A stretch of 15,715 nt of DNA from Octopus sinensis (taxonomy: Eukaryota), in the NCBI RefSeq assembly GCF_006345805.1, contig NW_021825565.1:1-15715 (forward strand), given 5' to 3'. Of the stretch, positions 1 to 8,369 are shown piece after piece. Made by a program: the position numbers and the translations under genes. Under the pieces are notes generated by a model. The model was not told where the DNA came from. It did no database searches and was given only the letters and a program-made list of their open reading frames with translations. Within the stretch, counting starts at the first letter, position 1. Every line of letters begins with the position of its first letter.

Positions 1-335
1 ATTTATTTTATTTTCAATTTAGTGTGTGATAAAAGACGAGGTCGACCGCAATGGGAATTCAGCACCAAACATCAAAATACGAAACTAAACACTGTGTTTG
101 TGAATTTAATCTGTCATTACACTAATTCTGTGGCGCCAATGTTGAACTGGGAAACCCGATATAGTAACACGTTTTCTTTAATTGCGAAATATGTGTGCTA
201 TTCAAAGAATTTATAATATAAATCTATTTCTAAATAACTAACATAAAAGATACACAAACGCTTGATGTAAAAATATCGTTATTTTATAGAGAAATTGACA
301 TATTTTATTTTATAGGTGAATTGACAGACAGTATA

Positions 336-744
336 GGCGCAGGCGTGGCTTTGTGGTAAGTAGCTTGCTTCCCAACCACATTGTTCCGGGTTCAGTACTA
401 CTGCGTGGCACCTTCGCCAAATGTCTTCTACTATAGCTTCTGGCCGACCAAAGCATTGTGAGTGGATTTGGTAGAGGGAAACCGAAATAAACCCACCGTA
501 TATATATATATGTGTGTGTGTTTGTGTGTGTGTTTGTGTCTGTTTGTCCCTCCACCATCGTTTCACAAGTGATATTGGTGTGTTTACGTTCTCGTAACTT
601 ATCGCTTCGGTAAAGGACACCGATAGAGTAAGTACTAGGCTTACAAAGAATAAGTCCTAGGTTCAATTTGTTCGACTAAAATTCCCTTAATGAGGTGCTC
701 CAGCATGGCCGCAGTGAAATGACAAACAAATGGAAGAATGAAAG
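336..744 (+). mobile_element. Full-length tRNA-derived SINE, dominant family in window (family A; CORE-like segment, internal microsatellite)
   Basis: The head GGCGCAGGCGTGGCTTTGTGGTAAG has an A-box-like motif and a B-box-like GGTTCAGTAC. It is followed by a CORE-like CACCTT(G)G(G)CAA(G)TGTCTT, an internal (TA)/(TG) tract at ~499-540, and a 3' end GGTGCTCCAGCATGGCCGCAGT..GA(A)ACAA. Many homologous copies occur in the window. Confidence 0.9.
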
Positions 745-747
745 TAT

Positions 748-975
748 GTGACTGTGGTTAAAGTCATGGACTTACGATCGCTAGATCGTTGGTTCGATTC
801 TCGGTGTGTTGTGTTCATCAGCAAAAGCACTTCATATCACCCTGCGACAGAAGAGTCTCCAGATAAAGGGCAAGTTGGCCTACTCGCCCAGCCAGCGGAG
901 TGGCATCATTCGAAAGCTAAGATGATGCAAAGCGCATTTTGACGAGCGAAGTATCACAAGCCCAGTGATTTGTGT
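748..975 (+). mobile_element. Diverged tRNA-derived SINE (family C)
   Basis: There is a tRNA-like head (TGGTTAAAG...GGTTCGATTCTC). The tail GTGGCATCATTCGAAAGCTAAGATGATGCAAAGCGCATT matches 5069-5168. Confidence 0.6.
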
Positions 976-998
976 AGCTAGGAATATGTAAGACATAT

Positions 999-1162
999 GG
1001 TGCAGGCATGGCTGCGCGGTTGAAAAGTTTGTTTTGTAACTTCGTCGTATCTGGTTCAGTCCCGCTGGGGACCATTTTCGGCGGTTGCCTGGATCATAGC
1101 CTCGGGCGGCCCAATGCCCTGTGAATGAATTTGCTAGCTAAGAAATATGCGGAAACCCTTCA
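999..1162 (+). mobile_element. SINE family A, diverged 5' half
   Basis: GGTGCAGGCATGGCTG...GGTTCAGTCCC...ATAGCCTCGGGCGGCCCAATGCCCTGTGAATGAATTTG aligns to 336-498. Confidence 0.8.
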
Positions 1163-1255
1163 CATACCTATGTATGTACATATGTATGTATGTATGTTTG
1201 TATCCATGTATGTATATATATTTATATATGCATGCATATACATAAATATATATAC

Positions 1256-1455
1256 ATTCTTTTATTCTTTTATTTGTTTCAGTCATTTGACTGCGGCCAT
1301 GCTAGAGCACAACCGTTAGTCAAACAAGTCGACCCCAGTACTTATTCTTTCTAAGCATAGTACTTATTCTATCAGTACTTTTTGCCAAACCGCTAAGTTA
1401 TGGGGAAATAAACACGCCAATATCGGTTGTGAAGCGATGGAGGGAGACAAACACA

Positions 1456-1496
<41 letters not shown>

Positions 1497-1646
1497 GTAA
1501 ACGACGGGCTTCTTTCAATTTCCGTCTACCAAATCCACTCTCAAGGCTTTGGGCGGCCAGAGGTTATAGTAGAAGACACTTGCCCAAGGTGTCGGAACCA
1601 CGTGGCTGGTAAGCAAGTTACTTACAACGCAGCCACTCCTGTGCCT
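1256..1646 (-). mobile_element. SINE family A, near full length with short internal deletion in head
   Basis: This is the reverse complement of 336-744: TTTCAGTCATTTGACTGCGGCCATGCT...(CA)n...AGAAGACACTTGCCCAAGGTG...AGCCACTCCTGTGCCT. Confidence 0.9.
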
Positions 1647-1854
1647 AAAGCCACGCACACACACATATAAATCTATATGTATAATATATATATACATGGG
1701 AGAGTGTGTGTATAAATGTACATACACTCCTATACCTATTTACCGATCGATGTATGTACATATAAAATGTATGTGTAAAGGAAATACATAGATATGTGCG
1801 TGTGTAATTTGAGTGTATCGCAGCTTCACCGCTTGACAGCAGATAACCGACGTC

Positions 1855-2025
1855 AGTTTGTTTTTGTCCCTCTACTAGAGAATTTTGCAAATAAATTCCG
1901 ATACGATACGTATCGGATATAAAAGCAAAATAACAACTGGCTTCGATTTGATCGATTACAAACTTCAACGATTAAACACCAGCATGGCCGCAGTACAACC
2001 GCTGAATCAAGTAACAGAAAAGAAA
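1855..2025 (+). mobile_element. Highly diverged SINE family A 3' fragment
   Basis: CCAGCATGGCCGCAGT...CTGAATCAAGTAACAGAAAAGAAA at ~1978-2025 matches the family tail. Upstream similarity is weak. Confidence 0.55.
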
Positions 2026-2461
2026 ACTCCAAGAATGGATCCAGCTTAATTCTTTTAGCAAATAATATAACTTGCACTCACAGCCAGAACGAAGACACTA
2101 CCGATTCCAGACACCTACCCGCATAAATATAACGATGATGATAAACAATTTATGAAAGAGCGTTATAGAATACAAAGTAAACAACAGCCAATCGGGTTAA
2201 TATATATTCTAGGCGTTGATATTAGATAAAATAATATTTCTAAAAGCATTCAAAGTATATAATTGTCGAAGGCAAAGAAATCAAAATTGCATAAACACTC
2301 GATGCAAAAGACTAGATACAGCTTCGTCGACGCAGAGCATTTTAAAGCTGCTTTCTGTTTTCCCATGTAAAATATTTGTATCAGCGTTAACGAAACATAA
2401 TATGGCTGAAATTCAGGATTTCAATTCCTTGCGGATAGTAAGTATATATCTATGTACAATC

Positions 2462-2557
2462 TAATATATATATATATATATGCATTCACATATGAGTTTG
2501 TGCGTTTGCATGGTACTGTGTATATTATGTATATTATATATATATATATATATCTAT

Positions 2558-2604
<47 letters not shown>

Positions 2605-2960
2605 GTGTGTATGTACGTATGAACATGATGAATAAACCATTGACTCAAAAACGCGATTCTAACTCTCAGTCAAATTCTACTTAAATTAAAATACAAAGCC
2701 ATATTTTCATAACTACAAGAACAATACCACACACGTTTCACAGATAAGTTGATGGCATATGCAGAAATACAGGCGACATCAAGTCTATTTGATCCATGAT
2801 AAACGATAAGCGAATGTATATTACATACACCCCAAAATATACGCCTGTATACATACACACTCACGCACACATACACTCGGATATATATATATACACATGT
2901 ATATAAATAACTGTACATACATATATACATATATATACATATACATATACATATATATAA
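2462..2960. repeat. Compound (TA)n/(TACA)n/(CA)n microsatellite region with unique interruptions
   Basis: Dinucleotide tracts are directly visible. Confidence 0.85.
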
Positions 2961-3295
2961 ATCTGTACGTTTTGTATAGCAATAATGGCCGATGAAGCTG
3001 CGCAGTTCTCTAACGGAAGGGGGAAAAAAAGGCTATTACCATGATAATATTTTTTCTAGATAAGTATCTAATACAAACACTTACAAAAAAAGATGTGTAT
3101 ATATGTAAATGCATCTTTGCACTCGAGAGAGAAGGGCATACGCATATTTTTACACACGCATGCATCTGTACGCACGTGTGTCTGTGTGTGCATGAGTGTG
3201 TATTTTATGAAAGCACCTCTCGTCTTTTTTATCGTACGTATCCAAAAATAAGTAAAATATGTCTATATACACATATCTATTTAATGCTTATATTC

Positions 3296-3344
<49 letters not shown>

Positions 3345-3656
3345 CTACATATGTATGTATATATATAGGTGTATATATACATATATACATATGTGTGTGT
3401 GTGTATCTATATATGTATGTGCGCATGAGTGAGTATGTGATTGTTTGTGCATGTGTTGTGTGTGGGTGTGTTATTAGTGTGTGTGTGTGTTGAGTGTGTG
3501 TGTGTGTTGTATGATTTTGTATATATGCAGGATATGCAATAATGTTCAGCACATAATAGCATGAACCTAAAGATTCGCTTAAGCATACACACACACATAC
3601 CCACACACAAACACACACACACACACACACACATGCACTCATATACATATATATAC
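3296..3656. repeat. (TA)n, (TG)n then (CA)n microsatellites
   Basis: Directly visible. Confidence 0.9.
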
Positions 3657-3764
3657 AATTATTTGAGGTAATATTAATCCAAACTTACAGGGAAAAAAAT
3701 TCAATTTAGAAATGCTAAATCAAATTTCACACGATATAGTATATATATATATATATATATATAT

Positions 3765-4037
3765 AAATTAGAAAAAAACCACCTTTTATCAATTCAAAAT
3801 GAACAATTAAATTACACCATCTAGAAAATTACATATAATAGAAATATTAGAATTAAAATAACAATAAAATATCAATAATTAAGTAAATTGCAAAAAAAAT
3901 AATAAAAACGTATATAATTTACTTAATTATTGATATTTTATTGTTATTTTAATTTTAATATTTCTATTATATGTAATTTTCTAGATGGTGTAATGTAATT
4001 GTTCATTTTGAATTGATAAAATGTGTTTTTTTTTCTA

Positions 4038-4041
<4 letters not shown>
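3765..4041. repeat. Long inverted repeat (arms ~125 bp, 26 bp spacer) embedded in (TA)n; probable Penelope-like terminal-repeat remnant
   Basis: 3765-3889 (AAATTAGAAAAAAACC...AATTAAGTAAATT) is the near-exact reverse complement of 3916-4041, and (TA)n lies on both sides. The family assignment is an inference. Confidence 0.85.
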
Positions 4042-4071
<30 letters not shown>

Positions 4072-4129
4072 CGGAGATGTACTCGCATAGCAAGTGATTT
4101 GATCTGAGATCGTGTGCTGAAACAAAAAC

Positions 4130-4310
4130 AATTGCAGCGTGGGAGGTGTTTGTAAGCCATTTAAGAACACACAAAAGCCGTTCGATTCACTTCAACATTT
4201 AAGTTTAATTTGTCAAAATATTTTGACAAATTAAACTTAAATGTTGAAGTGAATCGAACGGCTTTTATGTGTTTCTTAAATGGCTTACAAACACCTCCCA
4301 CGCTGCAATT
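4130..4310. repeat. Spacerless ~181 bp palindrome centred on AAAAT|ATTTT (4219/4220), part of a repeat module starting ~4070
   Basis: AATTGCAGCGTGGGAGGTGTTTGTAAGCC...TGTCAAAAT mirrors ATTTTGACA...GGCTTACAAACACCTCCCACGCTGCAATT, with about one indel and one substitution. Confidence 0.95.
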
Positions 4311-4564
4311 ATATATATATATATATGGTTGTTTCCGTGGAAGTGTGTATATATATGATACCAACATCTGTGTATGTACATATATATATGCATACTATTG
4401 GAACTCACATGGTACAGGAAACTTATATGTGTACGATTCTGCTTAAATAATGGAACTGCATATACAATATCCCTGCATATCTCACGTCCAATTTCATTCC
4501 TCCACTTCACTCTCTATTTCATATCTTATCTAAATTAACTATTGCGTAACCATTATGTCACACC

Positions 4565-4611
4565 GTCTCCGATGAAGGAATATATAAAGTATCCCGGAAA
4601 CAGTGTAAGAA
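4565..4611 (+). ncRNA. Minimal type I hammerhead ribozyme-like motif (degenerate), Penelope-like element type
   Basis: The layout is TCT-CCGATGA-AGGAATAT ATAAA GTATCCC-G-GAAAC-AGT-GTA-AGA. Stem I is TCT/AGA, the core is C(C)GAUGA, stem II is imperfect, and GAAA leads to a tiny stem III (AC/GT) and a GUA cleavage triplet. About 60 nt of sequence and then (TA)n follow. Confidence 0.6.
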
Positions 4612-4672
4612 CTATTTATAAATGTTCTGAAATCTTTCACATCCTTGGATTTTTATCTCATTCTGTTTAACT

Positions 4673-4678
4673 TATATA

Positions 4679-4768
<90 letters not shown>
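4673..4768. repeat. Long (TA)n microsatellite
   Basis: Directly visible. Confidence 0.98.
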
Positions 4769-4769
<1 letters not shown>

Positions 4770-4826
4770 ACAAAGTGAAGTTGTAAGATATCGCACGAGT
4801 GGAATATATAAGAAAGAAGGTTTGAA

Positions 4827-5062
4827 ATGCAATTTTAAAAGGTGTTTTTTCACTTGACCGGTTTCACTTCTTTAGAAAAAGATTGTCAAAAGTAACATGT
4901 AAAAGTTTTGTTGTGTTAAGTACTAGTTGTCACAAAATATTACAATACATGTATACATTCTTTGATAGTAATAAGAACATGTTAAAAACATGTTTTTTTT
5001 TTACAATCTTTTTCTAAAAAAGTGAAACCGGTCAAGTGAATAAACACTTTTTAAAATTGCAT
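4827..5062. repeat. Inverted repeat (arms ~74 bp: 4827-4900 and 4988-5062), each arm carrying a decayed hammerhead-like motif
   Basis: ATGCAATTTTAAAAGGTGTTTTTTCACTTGACCGGTTTCACTT... pairs with ...AAGTGAAACCGGTCAAGTGAATAAACACTTTTTAAAATTGCAT. Confidence 0.85.
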
Positions 5063-5068
5063 ATATAT

Positions 5069-5169
5069 GGGGTGGCGTCATTTGAAGGCTAAAACAATGT
5101 GAAGTGCATTGTGACCAGCGATGTGTAGCAACACCTGATAGCCTGGTCGGTCACGGTGATCACGGTGAT
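5069..5169 (+). mobile_element. SINE/LINE 3' tail fragment (family C) ending in short tandem (CACGGTGAT)x2
   Basis: Homologous to ~895-975. Terminal short tandem repeats are typical of LINE-derived tails. Confidence 0.65.
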
Positions 5170-5183
5170 ATATATATATATAT

Positions 5184-5569
5184 ACTTGTTTAAGTCATGT
5201 GACTGCGGCCATGCTGGAGCACCGCCTTTAGTCGTGTAAATCGACCCCAGGACTTATTCTTCGTAAGAGGTACTTATTCTATCAGACTTTTTTGTCGAAC
5301 CGCAAAGTTACGGGGACGTAAACACACCAGCATCGGTTGTGAAGCGATGATGGGGGAACAAATACTGACGCACAAATACACACAGACACATATATATACA
5401 TATATACGACGGACTTCTTTCAGTTTCCGTCTACCAAATCTACTCACAAGGCTTTGGTCGGCCCGAGGCTATAGTAGAAGACACTTGACCAATGTGCCCC
5501 GCAGTGAGATTGAACCTGGAACCATGTGGTTGGTAAGCAAGCTACTAACCACACAGCCACTCCTGTGCC
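5184..5569 (-). mobile_element. SINE family A, full length
   Basis: Reverse complement of 336-744 over its whole length. Confidence 0.92.
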
Positions 5570-5616
5570 TATATGTATGTATGTGTGTGTGTGTGTGTAA
5601 TTTGTGTATATATATA

Positions 5617-5705
5617 GGTGCGTGGTTTAGTGATTAGGGTATTCGGATCAAAAAAGGTAATGTCACAAGTTCGATCCCCGACGGCGCGTTGTATCCTTCA
5701 ACACA
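5617..5705 (+). mobile_element. tRNA-like SINE head fragment (family C-like)
   Basis: It has an A box TGGTTTAGTGATT and a B box AGTTCGATCCCC. GACGGCGCGTT...TCCTTCAACACA is shared with 7907-7931. Confidence 0.6.
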
Positions 5706-5928
5706 ATTTGAAACCAAATAATATGCTAAAGAGTTATGAGTAGTCATCGACTCAGTCATACAAACACCATCGTCACATCACTGATGATACAATTGGAAGG
5801 AGAGGGACCTGGATGAGGGACCCGATTTGTATCCTTTAGAAAGGAGCAGACTTGCGCAAAAGGCAGTTCATTCTCTTGTTCATTCCTTATAGAAAATGAA
5901 ATACCATGTCACTATTCAATCCACACAT

Positions 5929-5984
<56 letters not shown>

Positions 5985-5989
5985 TAGAT

Positions 5990-6128
5990 AAAAAGTTTCT
6001 TTTCAAACACGTATTTTCAGGTTCAGTCCCACTGCATGATATGTTGTGCAAATGTCTTCTACTCCAACAAGGACCAACTAATGTCTTAGTAAGTGAATTT
6101 GGCAGATGGAAATTGTGTGGAAGCCGTC
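5990..6128 (+). mobile_element. SINE family A, diverged 5' fragment
   Basis: GGTTCAGTCCCACTGC...CAAATGTCTTCTACT...AGTGAATTTGGCAGATGGAAA matches the family head. Confidence 0.8.
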
Positions 6129-6131
6129 ATA

Positions 6132-6164
<33 letters not shown>

Positions 6165-6169
6165 CACAC

Positions 6170-6201
<32 letters not shown>

Positions 6202-6223
6202 CATAAATACATACATATATATA

Positions 6224-6872
6224 CAATTTTATTGGGTTTACTCATAGTTACTTTGATTCACTTTTGCGAAAACCCTTATGTTCTTATACCTTCATAGTTC
6301 AAAATATCAAGTCCATGAACAACAACAACAACAACAGCTAAATGTTTAAGAGCAAATCTTTAAAAGCGAAATAATTGAAACCAAATGTCGATGAAAACCT
6401 CATAAAGCTTCTTGCATTTGACGTCCTCTTCACCCTCAGCCAAATTATTTCTTCATATGTCAGCACAATTTTATTCATATTTTTTTTAATGATTATTCCT
6501 ATTTCCGTTAGTAATTATTTACTTAATTAGGCATTCATTAATTTTGTTTATAAAAAAATTGTTTTTTTTTAAAGAATCTCAGTTATGCAGACTAAAGAAA
6601 TATTTTGGAAAATTGGAATACTTTTAAATCCCAAGAGTAAACTGAAATCTTTAACAGTACTGAGTCTCCCAGCTGCTACCAAATTTTATTCTAAATATAA
6701 TAGAAGTTACATGAAAAAAAGAAAGAAAATACGACATGACAAAGAAAAACGTTGAAGAATGCAATGCATGCATACATATATACATACATACACACACACA
6801 TATATATACATAATATATATATATATATATGTACATGTCTATATATACATATATATATATACATACTTATAT

Positions 6873-6913
<41 letters not shown>

Positions 6914-7575
6914 ATACATACATATATATACAATTTTATTGGGTTTACTCATAGTTACTTTGATTCACTTTTGCGAAAACCCTTATGTTCTTATACCTTC
7001 ATAGTTCAAAATATCAAGTCCATGAACAACAACAACAACAACAGCTAAATGTTTAAGAGCAAATCTTTAAAAGCGAAATAATTGAAACCAAATGTCGATG
7101 AAAACCTCATAAAGCTTCTTGCATTTGACGTCCTCTTCACCCTCAGCCAAATTATTTCTTCATATTCAGCACAATTTTATTCATATTTTTTTTAATGATT
7201 ATTCCTATTTCCGTAGTAATTATTACTTAATTAGGCATTCATTAATTTTGTTTATAAAAAAATTGTTTTTTTTTTAAGAATCTCAGTTATGCAGACTAAG
7301 AAATATTTTGGAAAATGGAATACTTTTAAATCCCAAGAGTAAACTGAAATCTTTAACAGTACTGAGTCTCCCAGCTGCTACCAAATTTTATTCTACAAAT
7401 ATATAGAAGTTACATGAAAAAAAAAGAAAATACGACATGACAAAGAAAAACGTTGAAGAATGCAATGCATGCATACATATATACATACATAACACACACA
7501 CATATATATACATAATAATATATATATATATGTACATGTCTATATATACATATATATATATACATACTTATATAT

Positions 7576-7607
<32 letters not shown>

Positions 7608-7628
7608 ATACATACATAATATATATAT
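6224..7628. repeat. Direct tandem duplication, period ~707 bp (6224-6930 and 6931-~7628)
   Basis: CAATTTTATTGGGTTTACTCATAG begins at both 6224 and 6931. The units are near-identical apart from small indels, and each ends in a (TA)/(CA) tract. Confidence 0.95.
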
Positions 7629-7649
7629 TAGATATGTATATATATATAA

Positions 7650-7860
7650 ACTCCTTTAGTTGTTTCAGTCACTTGATTGCGGCCATGCTGGAGCACCGCC
7701 TTATAGGGTTTTAGTTGAAGAATTGACTCCAGGACTTATTCTTTGTAGGCCTAGTATTTATTCTATCGGTCTCCTTTGCCGAACTGCTTATTACAGGGAC
7801 GTAAACACACCAATATCGGTTGTCAAGCGATGGTGGGGAAGCTATCACAGACACAACAAC
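7650..7860 (-). mobile_element. SINE family A, 3' half
   Basis: TTTCAGTCACTTGATTGCGGCCATGCTGGAGCACCGCC...GTTGTCAAGCGATGGTGGGG matches the family 3' half. Confidence 0.88.
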
Positions 7861-7874
7861 ACATGTACATAAAT

Positions 7875-8000
7875 ATCACGATTGTCAGGTCACGAATTCG
7901 ATTCCCGACGGCGCGTTACGTCCTTCAACACATGGCGTGGCACATCAAGTCACCATATTTTTCGTTGCTTCAGTCCCATCAGCTGGCAAAAATGAGTTGT
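7875..8000 (+). mobile_element. tRNA-derived SINE fragment (family C-like)
   Basis: TTCGATTCCCGACGGCGCGTT..TCCTTCAACACA matches 5670-5705. Confidence 0.55.
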
Positions 8001-8016
8001 GCTCGTAATATAAAAA

Positions 8017-8169
8017 GGGTCAGGAGTGGCTGTGTGGTAAGTAGCTTGCTTTCGAACTACATGGTTCCGGGTTCAGTCCCACTGCGAGGTACCTTCTGCA
8101 AGTGTCTTCTACTAGAGCCTCAGGCCAACCAAAGCCTTGTGAGTGGATTTGGTAGACGGACACTGAAAT
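8017..8169 (+). mobile_element. SINE family A, 5' half
   Basis: CAGGAGTGGCTGTGTGGTAAGTAGCTTGC...GGATTTGGTAGACGG matches the family head. Confidence 0.9.
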
Positions 8170-8207
8170 TGTGAGAGGGGACTTGTCGATTATATTGCCC
8201 TCCACCT

Positions 8208-8330
8208 GTGTTCAACTGTTTCTTATTTCATTGACATTGAAGAGAATGAAAGGTAAAGTTGACCTCGGTTGCATTTGAACTCAGACCATAATGAGGGATT
8301 AACTGATGCTAAGCATTCTGTCCTGCATGC
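8208..8330 (-). mobile_element. Diverged SINE family B fragment (Meta-domain-like)
   Basis: GAATGAAAGGTAAAGTTGACCTCGGTTGCATTTGAACTCAGA aligns to 9597-9638. Confidence 0.7.
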
Positions 8331-8369
8331 ATGGCTCTCCTCTTGCTGAAGGCTCTAAAATACATTGTA

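Noticed and set aside
279-666. Recurrent ORFs such as EPGTMWLGSKLLTT and GFGRPEAIVEDT (also at 1437, 5347, 8020, 9561)
   Set aside because: These are translations of SINE family A copies, not genes.
4161-4446. Mirror-image ORFs on both strands (SKYFDKLNLNVEVNRTAF)
   Set aside because: This is a trivial consequence of the DNA palindrome.
3657-5062. CRISPR-like repeat-spacer array (TA tracts separating unique modules)
   Set aside because: The separators are variable-length microsatellites, the modules are 80-350 bp, the context is eukaryotic, and there are no cas genes.
5781-5845. CTGATGA...GAAA as a possible hammerhead ribozyme
   Set aside because: There is no stem II closing next to GAAA, no stem III with an NUH site, and no stem I pairing.
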